DNA from: Octopus vulgaris
Taxonomy: Eukaryota
Assembly (NCBI GenBank): GCA_951406725.2
Contig: OX597832.1
Location: forward strand, 29,884,001 to 29,948,000
Length of the DNA: 64,000 bases
Direction of reading: 5' to 3'
A program made the translations under genes and the position numbers. The notes beneath the pieces were generated by a model that had not been told where the DNA came from, made no database searches, and worked only from the letters and a program-made list of their open reading frames with translations. Below, one piece after another: positions 1 to 13,603 of the stretch (position 1 is the stretch's first letter; every line of letters begins with the position of its first letter).

Positions 1-345
1 CTGATCTGGCAACATTTCTACAGCTGGATGCCCTTCCAAACACCAACGACTCTGTGAGTGTTGTGGGTCCTTTTACGTACCACCGGCATTGGAGCCAGTC
101 AGGCGGTGCTGGCAACGGCCACACTCAAATGGTAGTTTTTATGTGCCACCTGCACTGGAGCCAGTCCAGCAGCACTGGCAACAGCCTCGCTCGAATGTTT
201 TTTCACGTGCCACCGGCACAAGTGCCAGTAAGGCATCGCCGGTAATGCTCAAATGGTGCTTTATACGTGCCACTGGCATGGAAGCCAGTAGGCTGCTCTG
301 CCAACGATCATGCTCGGATGGTGCTCTTAGCACTCCACTAACACG
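1..345 (-). mobile_element. Abundant short retroposon / LINE 3'-tail family with (GAT)n end and internal modular repeats
   Basis: Core tttctacagctggatgcccttcc...aaccactc...gtgggtgcttttacgtgccacc recurs more than 10 times in the window in both orientations. Confidence 0.7.
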
Positions 346-429
346 GATGCCAATTATTGAATTTGATTTTGATTTCACTTGCCTCAAAAGGTCTTCGTAT
401 GCAGAGTTTAGTGTCCAATGACGGAAAAT

Positions 430-1335
430 TATACATAAGTGGGCTGGTTACACCCCTGGTATAGGCCAGGTGTTATGGTCTCGCTTGGCTTGCCATGTCT
501 TCTCAAGCACAGCATATTTCCAAAGGTCTTGGTGACTAGTCATTGTCTTGGTGAGGCCTAATGTTCGAAGGTCAAGCTTCACCATTTCATCCCAGGCCTT
601 CCTGGGTCTACCTCTTCCACAGGTTCCCTCAACCCCTAGGCTGTGGCACTTTTTCACATAGCTGTCCTCATCCATTCTCACCACATGACCATACCAGCAC
701 AGTCGTCTCTCTGCCACACCACATCTAATGCTTCTTAGGTCCAACTTTTCTCTCAAGGTACTTACACTCTGTTGAGTATGCACACTGATATTACACATCC
801 AGCAGATCATACTGGCTTCATCCCTTGTGAGCTTACGTATGTCTTCAGCAGTCACGACCCGTGTTTTACTGATATGTAGCATGGCTGTTCGTACACAAGC
901 GTCATACAGTCTGCCTTTTATTCTGAGCGAGGGCCCTTTGTCACCAGCAGAGGTAAGAGCTCTCTGAACTTTGCCCAGGCTATTCTTATTCTAGCAGCTA
1001 CACTTGCAGCACACCCACCTCCACTATTGACTTGGTCCCCTAGGTAATGGGAGCTATCAACTACTTCTAGTTTTTCTCCCTGGAACATGGTGGAAGTTGT
1101 TCTCTGCACATTTTCAGTGTTTATTTCTCCTGAGCATCTGCCACATACTAAAACTATATTCCGAGTTAGCCTTACTTTGATATCGCTGCACCTCTTATGT
1201 GTCCATAGCTTACACTGAGTACATCTCATGGAGTTTCTACCTATGCCATTTTTACAGATCAAGCAGGGTCATCTACATGAAGGGATTTGTGATTTCTCAG
1301 CTTTCCCACTTATAAGGACTTTGGTTTTAGCTACT
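430..1335 (-). mobile_element. Degenerate RTE-like LINE, C-terminal ORF fragment
   Basis: Minus ORFs with CTQCKLWTHKRC (PHD-like), LEVVDSSHYLG, RRLCWYGHVVRM, RGRPRKAW typical of non-LTR ORF2 C-termini. Confidence 0.85.
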
Positions 1336-1566
1336 TCTGGTAGTGATTCAGTCCCTTAGAAATATTCTTCACTGCTATAAAGCAATATGTCACTACTTAC
1401 TGACCATTCTCTTTACTTGAATGTTACCAATGTACCAACGACTATTCACAGGATTCCTGAAATTTCTATAAACAAGTTGGAAAAAATATATTGAATAATG
1501 TACATAGGTATTTCCGTTGAAAAGACTATTTACCATTCATCTTTTGGCATTTTCTTCCCATTTCAG

Positions 1567-1776
1567 GAAACATTGGATCCCTAATAGTAGTATCACAATC
1601 TGAGATAAGATATTGTATGGTGAATAACAAGCGCTATAATCTTGGAAGTCAATTCTCATTCACCGAAGGGTGTTTCAAGTACACCTGTATGTGTTACCGT
1701 AATGGATCTTGGGAATGTCCTGGATCAGACTCCCAATACATCTGTGATCGGGACACAGATTGGGCAAGCATACCAG
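1567..1776 (+). CDS. Exon A1 (210 nt, one 6-Cys module)
   Basis: tttcag|GAAACATT...ATACCAG|gtatgt; phase 1-1; GNIGSLIVVSQSEIRYCMVNNKRY...WASIP. Confidence 0.9.
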
Positions 1777-2115
1777 GTATGTCACAAACATATTTCTTTT
1801 CTTACCAATTCTTAAAATAAAATATTGTCTCTTTTCTTCATAGCAATGAAATATTCATCTACAAAATATAATTAAGACTCATTTAACAGTTTACAATATT
1901 TATATTTCATATCATGTTATGTGATATTTTCTAATTTATGTAGAAATATTTGGACATTTTCAAATTCTTCATTTATACGTATTCCTTAAAAATTCTCAGC
2001 AAGATATATTATTCGAATATCAACTTTTACTAAACTAAGTTGATGATTGTGTTTACATTACAATCAAGGGTTTCTTGGAGATAAGTGAATATATCTCCCT
2101 TCTCCTTCATTTTAG

Positions 2116-2355
2116 TTTCAAGCAAAAGATTCTACGTGATCCAACAAAAAGATACAGACAGCTGTTTTGCTAATAACCAAAGATATCCAGTTGGAGAACC
2201 ATTCTCTTTTGTTTTGGATTGCTTCCGTTACAATTGTCAGTGTTTCCTCAATGGATCCTGGGAATGTCCTGCAGATAGGTCACAATATGTGTGCCAAGAC
2301 AGAACACGACCACATCCCACAAGACCACAGCCCACAAGAGCACCAAGAAATGAGG
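2116..2355 (+). CDS. Exon B1 (240 nt, long Pro/Thr tail)
   Basis: ttttag|TTTCAAGC...AATGAGG|gtaac; SSKRFYVIQQKDTDSCFANN...RAPRNE. Confidence 0.9.
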
Positions 2356-2739
2356 GTAACACATAATGTTCTATTAACTATCAATGATTTAATCAAACCT
2401 ATGATTGATCAATGTTCAGTTTGTACATTTGTTCACTTATCAAATCCAGTGTTTGTTAAAATATTCGCGAATTACAATCGTTTTTTAGATACAAGATAAT
2501 ATGTTAGATTGTGAAATATCATTAAATATTTTCATAGATTTTATAAAATATCAGCTGACCATATTAATATTTTCCACAATCTAAGGTTTTGCATAGCAAT
2601 GTTTCTGGAAATAATCAAATGTTCTTTCCCTCCAGTTCAATAATTATCTATTCTGGGTACCTTTTTATATGCTATTAGCAATTTTGCCATTTATGTGTTA
2701 ACAGTACAGGGGTCATTCATATTTCACCAGCAGTAGGTC

Positions 2740-3670
2740 AAGACCACAATTTCACTGTGCTTCATGCCTCTTCTCAAGCATAGCAATTTACCCGATGTCC
2801 CATCACTTGTCATTGGCTCTGCGATACTCAACATCCAAGGATCACATTTTACAATCTCATCCCACATCTCCCTTCATCCACCCTTTCAACTGGTCCCTTC
2901 AACAGTTTGTGATTGGGGCTTCTTCATGCATCTATCCTCATCCCCACACTTCATACGATCATACCAGTGCAGTCTCCTCTCCTACACACTACACCTGATG
3001 CGTCTTGCTTTCATTTCTTCTCTTATGACTCTTACAGTCTGTTCTCAGTGTTCACTGCCATTGCACTTTCAGTGGAGCATGCTACTTCATTGCTTATAAG
3101 CATTTGCATGCCTTTGGCAGTCACAGCCTGCATGTCACTACTATGCGACATAGTTGTTCACACACAGGCATCATCCGATATGTCTTTCACTCTTAGGGAG
3201 AGGCTCTTTCTTACCAATAATGATAGAAACTGCCTGAATTTAGCCGAACCAGTTTTTATAGAAGCTACACTTCCAGTAATTCCTCCCCAACTACTCTTTT
3301 AGTCACTTACATAATAGAAATTGTCTCCTTCTTCCAAGTGTCTGCCCAGGCCTTTGATGGAACCTGTTTTCTTTCCATTCCCTGTGTTTGTGTGTAAATG
3401 CACACCTGACACACACAAAGACCATTTTCCCTGTAAACTTTCCTTTGATACTCCTGCACATGTGACGTGTCCATAGCTTGCACTGGTTACAGCTATGCAG
3501 TTTCTGCTCACACCTTTCCTACATATCAATCTGGGCCATCTCCCAAAAGGGATTTGTGATGTGTCTGCTTTCCTACATACTCAGACCTTAGTCTTTGCTA
3601 AATTAACTCTAAGTCCCTTAAATGTCTGAACATCCTTCTTCTTCTGGGATTTCTTCTCTAGTTCCTGTAG
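2740..3670 (-). mobile_element. More decayed RTE-like LINE fragment of the same kind
   Basis: Alignable by eye to 430-1335 (gtccatagctt, aagggatttgtga); MICRKGVSRNCI, LEEGDNFYYV. Confidence 0.75.
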
Positions 3671-3889
3671 TGATTCTTTAACTTTGAAATATTCATGTAT
3701 ATTATAAAGTAACATATAACTTACTGATCATTCTCTATGTTTTGATGTTAGCAACATACCAATATCCTTCCATAAGATTCCAGAAATTTCTATAAACAAA
3801 TTACAAAACAGAATGAATAATATACATTGGTATTTCCATCGAAAATGTCTATTTATCATTCATCTTTTGCCATTTTCTTCCCATTTCAG

Positions 3890-4099
3890 GAAACATTGGA
3901 TCCATAATAGTAGTTTCACAATCTGATATAAGATATTGTATGGTGAATAACGAGCGCTATAATCTTGGAAGTCCATTCTCATTCACTGAAGGGTGTTTCA
4001 AGTACACCTGTATGTGTTACCGTAATGGATCTTGGGAATGTCCTGGATCGGACTCCCAATACATCTGTGATCGGGACACAGATTGGGCAAACATACCAG
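3890..4099 (+). CDS. Exon A2
   Basis: Same boundaries as A1, 210 nt. Confidence 0.9.
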
Positions 4100-4328
4100 G
4101 TATGTCACAAACATATTTCTTTATATCCAAATGACTTGATATTTTTTAATTGTACAGAAATCTTTGAACATTTCAAAATAGTGCGTGTATAATTTTCTTA
4201 ACAACTTCTGGATCAGTATTATCTTTCAAATATCAATTTGACTAAACTATGTTAATGATTGTGTTTACTTTACAATCAAAGGGTTTCTTGGAGATAAATA
4301 AATATGTCTCTCTTCTCCTTCATTTTAG

Positions 4329-4553
4329 TTTCAAGCAAAAGATTCTACGTGATCCGTCAAACAGATGTAAACAGCTGTTTTGCTAATAACCAAAGATATC
4401 GTTTAGGAGAATCATTCTCTTTTGTTTTGGATTGTTTCCGTTACAATTGTCAGTGTTTCCTCAATGGATCCTGGGAATGTCCTGCAGATAGATCAGAATA
4501 TGTGTGCGGAGACAGAACACGACCACAGCCAACAAGGCCACCAAGAAATGAGG
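4329..4553 (+). CDS. Exon B2 (225 nt, short tail)
   Basis: Same boundaries as B1, 15 nt shorter in tail. Confidence 0.9.
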
Positions 4554-5365
4554 GTAACAAATATGTTCTATTAATTTCCAATTATCATATGTAATTTGTG
4601 TCACAAACTAATGTAGGTTTTGCATAACGATGTTTCTGGAAATAATCAAATATTCTTTTCCTCCAGTTCAATAAATTTATTTACCAAGAATTTATTTACA
4701 CAAGAATATTATTACTCTATCACCAGTTACCAATTCTATCATTTTTATATATTTTACATGCTGTCCATAAGTTGAGATCATCAGTGACGTATCATGTTAT
4801 AGCAAACGAGGATTACAATATTTATCAGATTTACACCTGTCATTAGAGTTGAAGGAAGCGTAATTACCAGGTGTTGGCATGAAATAGAAACATCACCATT
4901 CCTTCGATTTAAATATCTAAATTTTTGTTAGAAATAAGTGGAAGGAATTGAAGGGTTGAATCATTAAGTTTGGTCTTTAGTTGTCTTCAACAAACATTAT
5001 GAATTCAAATTCACCTCAGCAAAAAACAGGGTTTTTTTGCTTCAGAACTGTGAGAGAAACATGATTCATAAAATACGAAGAAGTTGTTTTTTGAATTAAC
5101 ATTTAGTGTCACAATATTTCTATATCATTAATTGGGAGCTAATTACTATTGCATGCAGTCTGTTAGAATTATCCTTGGATATCATAAACTAACATCTAAC
5201 ATCTTACTGACCATTCCATGTATTTGAACTATGTACAATAATCATTCATAAGATTCCAGAAATTTCTATAAACAAATTACAAAACAGAATGAATAATATA
5301 CATTGGTATTTCCATTGAAAATGTCTATTTATCATTCATCTTTTGCCATTTTCTTCCCATTTCAG

Positions 5366-5575
5366 GAAACATTGGATCCGTAATAGTAGTATCACAATCT
5401 GAGATAAGATATTGTATGGTGAATAACGAGCGCTATAATCTTGGAAGTCGATTCTCATTCACCGAAGGTTGTTTCAAGTACACCTGTATGTGTTACCGTA
5501 ATGGATCTTGGGAATGTCCTGGATCGGACTCCCAATACATCTGTCATCGGGACACAGATTGGGCAAACATACCAG
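5366..5575 (+). CDS. Exon A3
   Basis: Same boundaries as A1. Confidence 0.9.
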
Positions 5576-5804
5576 GTATGTCACAAACATATTTCTTTAA
5601 ATCTAAATGACTTGACACTTTTTAATGGTACAGAAATCTTTGAACATTTCAAAATAGTGCGTGTATAATTTTCTTAACAAATTCTTGATGAGTATTATCT
5701 TTAAAATATCAATTTGATTAAACTATGTTAATGATTGTGTTTACGTTGCAATCAAAGGGTTAATTGGAGATAAATAAATATGTCTCTCTTCTCCTTCGTT
5801 TTAG

Positions 5805-6044
5805 TTTCAAGCAAAAGATTCTACGTGATCCATCAATCAGATACAGACAGCTGTTTTGCTAATAACCTAAGATATCGTTTAGGAAAATCATTCTCTTTTG
5901 TTTTGGATTGTTTCCGTTACAATTGTCAGTGTTTCTTCAATGGATCCTGGGAATGTCCAGCAGATAGATCAGAATATGTGTGCGGAGACAGAACACGACC
6001 ACATCCCACAAGACCACAGCCCACAAGAGCACCAAGAAATGAGG
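5805..6044 (+). CDS. Exon B3 (240 nt)
   Basis: Same boundaries as B1. Confidence 0.9.
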
Positions 6045-6412
6045 GTAACACATAATGTTCTATTAACTATCAATGATTTAATCAAACTTATGATTGATCA
6101 ATGTTCAGTTTGTACATTTGTTCACTTATCAAATCCAGTGTTTGTTAAAATATTCGCGAATTACAACCGTTTGTTAGACACAAGATAATACGTTAGATTG
6201 TGAAATATCATTAAATCTTTTCATAGTTTTTATAAAATATCAGCTGACCATATTAATATTTTCCACAAACTAAGGTTTTGCATAACAATATTTCTTTATG
6301 ATTAAATTGCTATTTTCTCCAATACAATGAAATTATTTAATACAGTTCTATATTTCAGAGATGAGGAATTATTTACATTTGAAAGATATTTGTTCTCATC
6401 TTGTTTGTTGTT

Positions 6413-6460
6413 AACACAATGTTTCATCTGATATACTCTCCACAGCCTTCATCAGGTCTA
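6413..6460 (-). ncRNA. Degenerate minimal hammerhead motif (left arm of the intronic inverted repeat)
   Basis: Reverse complement: CUGAUGA a ggcug...cagau GAAAC AUU guguu. Confidence 0.45.
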
Positions 6461-6702
6461 TGAGGAAATTTCAAACCTAGGTTCTCATTCCAAAGGTGTT
6501 TTTTAATGTTTTTGTTGTTGTTGATTATTATTATTATTGTCATCGTCATTGTTACAGTTATTATTATAGTTATTGTTGTTGTTGTTGTAATTGTTGTTGT
6601 TATTATTAATAATCCACTATGCCACCGGCATATGGCGTAGCGGTTAAGAGTGCAGGCTACTAACCCTAACGGTAACAATAACAACAACCGAAATTTCCCC
6701 TG

Positions 6703-6748
6703 GACACCTGAAGAAGGCTGGAGGGTATCTCAGCTGAAACATTGTGTT
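6703..6748 (+). ncRNA. Minimal type-I hammerhead motif, stem III mutated; Penelope-like remnant
   Basis: gacac CUGAAGA a ggcug[gaggguaucu]cagcu GAAAC AUU guguu. Confidence 0.55.
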
Positions 6749-6892
6749 AACAACAAACAAGATGAGGAGAAATATCCGTCAAATGTAAATTAAATAAATT
6801 GATTTAACACAACTTACCAATTCTATCCACTGATAGTTCCATCCAAAAGGACTATTTACCATTCATCTTTTGGCATTTTCTTCCCATTTCAG

Positions 6893-7102
6893 GAAACATT
6901 GGATCCATAATAGTAGTATCACAATCTGAGATAAGATATTGTATGGTGAATAACGAGCGCTATAATCTTGGAAGTCAATTCTCATTTACCGAAGGTTGTT
7001 TCAAGTACACCTGTATGTGTTACCGTAATGGATCTTGGGAATGTCCTGGTTCTGACTCCCAATACATCTGTCATCGGGACACAGATTGGGCAAGCATACC
7101 AG
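6893..7102 (+). CDS. Exon A4
   Basis: Same boundaries as A1. Confidence 0.9.
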
Positions 7103-7332
7103 GTATGTCACAAACATATTTCTTTAAATCCAAACAACTTGACACTTTTTAATTGTACAGAAATCTTTGAACATTTCAAAATAGTGCGTGTATAATTTTC
7201 TTAACAACTTCTGGATCCGTATTATCTTTCGAATATCAACTTTTACAAAACTATGTTGATGATTGTGTTTATGTTGCAATCAAAGGGTTTCTTGGAGATA
7301 AATAAATATGTCTCTCTTCTCCTTCATTTTAG

Positions 7333-7557
7333 TTTCAAGCAAAAGATTCTACGTAATCGATCAAACAGATACAGACAGCTGTTTTGCTAATAACCAAAGA
7401 TATCCAGTTGGAGAACCATTCTCTTTTGTTTTGGATTGTTTCCGTTACAATTGTCAGTGTTTCCTCAATGGATCCTGGGAATGTCCTGCAGATAGATCAG
7501 AATATGTGTGCGGAGACAGAACACGACCACAGCCAACAAGAGCACCAAGAAATGAGG
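7333..7557 (+). CDS. Exon B4 (225 nt)
   Basis: AG/GT boundaries, short tail. Confidence 0.9.
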
Positions 7558-8366
7558 GTAAAAATATGTTCTATTAATTTCCAATTATCATATGTAATTT
7601 GTGTCACAAACTAATGTAGGTTTTGCATAACGATGTTTCTGGAAATAATCAAATATTCTTTTCCTCCAGTTCAATGAATTTATTTACCAAGAATTTATTT
7701 ACACAAGAATATTATTACAGTATAATCAGTTACCAATTCTATCAGTTTTATATATTTTACATGCAGTCCATAAGTTGTGATCATCAGTGATGTATCATGT
7801 TATAGCAACTAAGGATTACAATATTTATCAGATTTACACCTGTCATTAGAGTTGAAGGAAGCGTAATTACCAGGTGTTGGCATGAAATAGAAACATCACC
7901 ATTCCATCGCTTTAAATGTCTAAGTTTTATTAGAAATAAGTGGAAGGAATTGAAGGGTTGAAGCATTAAGTTTGGTCTTTAGTTGTCTTCAACAAACATT
8001 ATGAATTCAAATTCACCTCAGCAAAAAACAGGGTTTTTTGCTTCAGAACTGTGAGAGAAATATGATTCATAAAATACGTAGAAGTTGTTTTTTGAATTAA
8101 CATTTAGTGTCACGATATTTCTATATCATTAATTGGGAGCTAATTACTATTCCATGCAGTCTGTTAGAATTATCCTTGGATATCATAAACTAACATCTAA
8201 CATCTTACTGACCATTCTATGTATTTCAACTATGTACAATAATCATTCATAAGATTCCAGAAATTTCTATAAACAAATTACAAAACAGAATGAATAATAT
8301 ACATTGGTATTTCCATTGAAAATATCTATTTATCATTCATCTTTTGCCATTTTCTTCCCATTTCAG

Positions 8367-8576
8367 GAAACATTGGATCCATAATAGTAGTATCACAATC
8401 TGAGATAAGATATTGTATGGTGAATAACGAGCGCTATAATCTTGGAAGTCGATTCTCATTCACCGAAGGTTGTTTCAAGTACACCTGTATGTGTTTCCGT
8501 AATGGATCTTGGGAATGTCCTGGTTCTGACTCCCAATACATCTGTCATCGGGACACAGATTGGGCAAGCATACCAG
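8367..8576 (+). CDS. Exon A5
   Basis: Same boundaries as A1. Confidence 0.9.
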
Positions 8577-8806
8577 GTATGTCACAAACATATTTCTTTA
8601 AATCCAAACAACTTGACACTTTTTAATTGTACAGAAATCTTTGAACATTTCAAAATAGTGCGTGTATAATTTTCTTAACAACTTCTGGATCCGTATTATC
8701 TTTCGAATATCAACTTTTACAAAACTATGTTGATGATTGTGTTTATGTTGCAATCAAAGGGTTTCTTGGAGATAAATAAATATGTCTCTCTTCTCCTTCA
8801 TTTTAG

Positions 8807-9031
8807 TTTCAAGCAAAAGATTCTACGTAATCGATCAAACAGATACAGACAGCTGTTTTGCTAATAACCAAAGATATCCAGTTGGAGAACCATTCTCTTT
8901 TGTTTTGGATTGTTTCCGTTACAATTGTCAGTGTTTCCTCAATGGATCCTGGGAATGTCCTGCAGATAGATCAGAATATGTGTGCGGAGACAGAACACGA
9001 CCACAGCCAACAAGAGCACCAAGAAATGAGG
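8807..9031 (+). CDS. Exon B5 (225 nt)
   Basis: Same peptide as B4. Confidence 0.9.
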
Positions 9032-9840
9032 GTAAAAATATGTTCTATTAATTTCCAATTATCATATGTAATTTGTGTCACAAACTAATGTAGGTTTTGC
9101 ATAACGATGTTTCTGGAAATAATCAAATATTCTTTTCCTCCAGTTCAATGAATTTATTTACCAAGAATTTATTTACACAAGAATATTATTACAGTATAAT
9201 CAGTTACCAATTCTATCAGTTTTATATATTTTACATGCAGTCCATAAGTTGTGATCATCAGTGATGTATCATGTTATAGCAACTAAGGATTACAATATTT
9301 ATCAGATTTACACCTGTCATTAGAGTTGAAGGAAGCGTAATTACCAGGTGTTGGCATGAAATAGAAACATCACCATTCCATCGCTTTAAATGTCTAAGTT
9401 TTATTAGAAATAAGTGGAAGGAATTGAAGGGTTGAAGCATTAAGTTTGGTCTTTAGTTGTCTTCAACAAACATTATGAATTCAAATTCACCTCAGCAAAA
9501 AACAGGGTTTTTTGCTTCAGAACTGTGAGAGAAATATGATTCATAAAATACGTAGAAGTTGTTTTTTGAATTAACATTTAGTGTCACAATATTTCTATAT
9601 CATTAATTGGGAGCTAATTACTATTCCATGCAGTCTGTTAGAATTATCCTTGGATATCATAAACTAACATCTAACATCTTACTGACCATTCTATGTATTT
9701 CAACTATGTACAATAATCATTCATAAGATTCCAGAAATTTCTATAAACAAATTACAAAACAGAATGAATAATATACATTGGTATTTCCATTGAAAATATC
9801 TATTTATCATTCATCTTTTGCCATTTTCTTCCCATTTCAG

Positions 9841-10050
9841 GAAACATTGGATCCATAATAGTAGTATCACAATCTGAGATAAGATATTGTATGGTGAATA
9901 ACGAGCGCTATAATCTTGGAAGTCGATTCTCATTCACCGAAGGTTGTTTCAAGTACACCTGTATGTGTTTCCGTAATGGATCTTGGGAATGTCCTGGTTC
10001 TGACTCCCAATACATCTGTCATCGGGACACAGATTGGGCAAGCATACCAG
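9841..10050 (+). CDS. Exon A6
   Basis: Same boundaries as A1. Confidence 0.9.
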
Positions 10051-10279
10051 GTATGTCACAAACATATTTCTTTAAATCCAAACAACTTGACACTTTTAAT
10101 TGTACAGAAATCTTTGAACATTTCAAAATAGTGCGTGTATAATTTTCTTAACAACTTCTGGATCCGTATTATCTTTCGAATATCAACTTTTACAAAACTA
10201 TGTTGATGATTGTGTTTATGTTGCAATCAAAGGGTTTCTTGGAGATAAATAAATATGTCTCTCTTCTCCTTCATTTTAG

Positions 10280-10504
10280 TTTCAAGCAAAAGATTCTACG
10301 TAATCGATCAAACAGATACAGACAGCTGTTTTGCTAATAACCAAAGATATCCAGTTGGAGAACCATTCTCTTTTGTTTTGGATTGTTTCCGTTACAATTG
10401 TCAGTGTTTCCTCAATGGATCCTGGGAATGTCCTGCAGATAGATCAGAATATGTGTGCGGAGACAGAACACGACCACAGCCAACAAGAGCACCAAGAAAT
10501 GAGG
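10280..10504 (+). CDS. Exon B6 (225 nt)
   Basis: Same peptide as B4. Confidence 0.9.
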
Positions 10505-11313
10505 GTAAAAATATGTTCTATTAATTTCCAATTATCATATGTAATTTGTGTCACAAACTAATGTAGGTTTTGCATAACGATGTTTCTGGAAATAATCAAA
10601 TATTCTTTTCCTCCAGTTCAATGAATTTATTTACCAAGAATTTATTTACACAAGAATATTATTACAGTATAATCAGTTACCAATTCTATCAGTTTTATAT
10701 ATTTTACATGCAGTCCATAAGTTGTGATCATCAGTGATGTATCATGTTATAGCAACTAAGGATTACAATATTTATCAGATTTACACCTGTCATTAGAGTT
10801 GAAGGAAGCGTAATTACCAGGTGTTGGCATGAAATAGAAACATCACCATTCCATCGCTTTAAATGTCTAAGTTTTATTAGAAATAGGTGGAAGGAATTGA
10901 AGGGTTGAATCATTAAGTTTGGTCTTTAGTTGTCTTCAACAAATATTATGAATTCAAATTGACCTCAGCAAAAAACAGGGTTTTTTGCTTCAGAACTGTG
11001 ATAGCAACATGATTCATAAAATACGTAGAAGTTGTTTTTTGAATTAACATTTAGTGTCACGATATTTCTATATCATTAATTGGGAGCTAATTACTATTGC
11101 ATGCAGTCTGTTAGAATTATCCTTGGATATCATAAACTAACATCTAACATCTTACTGACCATTCTATGTATTTCAACTATGTACAATAATCATTCATAAG
11201 ATTCCAGAAATTTCTATAAACAAATTACAAAACAGAATGAATAATATACATTGGTATTTCCATTGAAAATATCTATTTATCATTCATCTTTTGCCATTTT
11301 CTTCCCATTTCAG

Positions 11314-11523
11314 GAAACATTGGATCCATAATAGTAGTATCACAATCTGAGATAAGATATTGTATGGTGAATAACGAGCGCTATAATCTTGGAAGTCGAT
11401 TCTCATTCACCGAAGGTTGTTTCAAGTACACCTGTATGTGTTTCCGTAATGGATCTTGGGAATGTCCTGGATCTGACTCCCAATACATCTGTCATCGGGA
11501 CACAGATTGGGCAAGCATACCAG
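11314..11523 (+). CDS. Exon A7
   Basis: Same boundaries as A1. Confidence 0.9.
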
Positions 11524-11866
11524 GTATGTCACAAACATATTTCTTTTCTTACCAATTCTTAAAATGAAATATTGTCTCATTTCTTCATAGCAATGAAATA
11601 TTCATCTACAAAATATATTTTTTACACTCATTTAACAGTTTACAACATTTATATTTCACATCAACTTATGTAATATTTTCTCCATTTATATAGTAATATT
11701 TGGACATTTTCAAATTCTTCATTTATATATATTCCTTGAAAATTCTCAAAAAGATATATTATTCAAATATCAACTTTTATAAAACTATGTTGATGATTGT
11801 GTTTACTTTACAATCAAAGAGTTTCTTGGAGATAAGTGAATATGTCTCTCTTCTCCTTCATTTTAG

Positions 11867-12106
11867 TTTCAAGCAAAAGATTCTACGTGATCCAACAAAC
11901 AGATGCAAACAGCTGTTTTGCTAATAACCAAAGATATCGTTTAGGAGAATCATTCTCTTTTGTTTTGGATTGCTTCCGTTACAATTGTCAGTGTTTCCTC
12001 AATGGATCCTGGGAATGTCCTGCAGATAGATCAGAATATGTGTGCGGAGACAGAACACAACCACATCCCACAAGACCACAGCCCACAAGAGCACCAAGAA
12101 ATGAGG
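11867..12106 (+). CDS. Exon B7 (240 nt)
   Basis: AG/GT boundaries, long tail. Confidence 0.9.
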
Positions 12107-12748
12107 GTAACACGTAATGTTCTATTAACTATCAATGATTTAATCAAACCTATGATTGATCAATGTTCAGTTTGTACATTTGTTCACTTATCAAATCCAG
12201 TGTTTGTTAAAATATTCGCGAATTAAAATAGTTTCTTAGACACAAGATAATATGTTAGATTGTGAAATATCATTAAATCTTTTCATAGATTTTATAAAAT
12301 ATCAGCTGATATTTTCCACAAACTAAAGTTTTGCATAACAATATTTCTTTATGATTAAATTGCTATTTTCTCCAATTCAATGAAATTTATTTAATACAGT
12401 TCTATATTTGTGAGATGAAGAAATATTTACATTCTTTACATTTGACAGATATTTGTCCTCATCTTGTTTGTTGTTTACACATCTCGTCTGATATACCCTC
12501 CAGCCTTCATCAGGTGTCTTGGGAAAATTTCAAACCTAGGTTCTCATTCCTAAGGTATTTTTCAATGTTGTTGTTGTTGTTGATTACTATCATTATTGTT
12601 ACAGTTATTATTATAGTTATTGTCGTTGTTGTTGTAATTGTTGTTGTTATCATTAATATTCCACTACGCCACGGGCATATGGCGTAGTGGTTAAGAGTGC
12701 AGGCTACTAACCCTAACGGTAACAATAACAACAACCGAAATTTCCCTG

Positions 12749-12794
12749 GACACCTGAAGAAGGCTGGAGGGTATCTCAGCTGAAACATTGTGTT
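12749..12794 (+). ncRNA. Copy of the hammerhead motif at 6703
   Basis: Same sequence as 6703-6748. Confidence 0.55.
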
Positions 12795-12938
12795 AACAAC
12801 AAACAAGATGAGGAGAAATATCCGTCAAATGTAAATTAAATAAATTGATTTAACACAACTTACCAATTCTATCCACTGATAGTTCCATCCAAAAGGACTA
12901 TTTACCATTCATCTTTTGGCATTTTCTTCCCATTTCAG

Positions 12939-13148
12939 GAAACATTGGATCCATAATAGTAGTATCACAATCTGATATAAGATATTGTATGGTGAATAAC
13001 GAGCGCTATAATCTTGGAAGTCAATTCTCATTTACGGAAGGTTGTTTCAAGTACACCTGTATGTGTTACCGTAATGGATCTTGGGAATGTCCTGGATCTG
13101 ACTCCCAATACATCTGTCATCGGGACACAGATTGGGCAAGCATACCAG
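12939..13148 (+). CDS. Exon A8
   Basis: Same boundaries as A1. Confidence 0.9.
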
Positions 13149-13378
13149 GTATGTCACAAACATATTTCTTTAAATCCAAACAACTTGACACTTTTTAATT
13201 GTACAGAAATCTTTGAACATTTCAAAATAGTGCGTGTATAATTTTCTTAACAACTTCTGGATCCGTATTATCTTTCGAATATCAACTTTTACAAAACTAT
13301 GTTGATGATTGTGTTTATGTTGCAATCAAAGGGTTTCTTGGAGATAAATAAATATGTCTCTCTTCTCCTTCATTTTAG

Positions 13379-13603
13379 TTTCAAGCAAAAGATTCTACGT
13401 AATCGATCAAACAGATACAGACAGCTGTTTTGCTAATAACCAAAGATATCCAGTTGGAGAACCATTCTCTTTTGTTTTGGATTGTTTCCGTTACAATTGT
13501 CAGTGTTTCCTCAATGGATCCTGGGAATGTCCTGCAGATAGATCAGAATATGTGTGCGGAGACAGAACACGACCACAGCCAACAAGAGCACCAAGAAATG
13601 AGG
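13379..13603 (+). CDS. Exon B8 (225 nt)
   Basis: Same peptide as B4. Confidence 0.9.

Noticed and set aside
6627-6669. tRNA gene
   Set aside because: Only an A-box/D-arm and anticodon-like portion; no T arm or acceptor stem, so a truncated SINE head.
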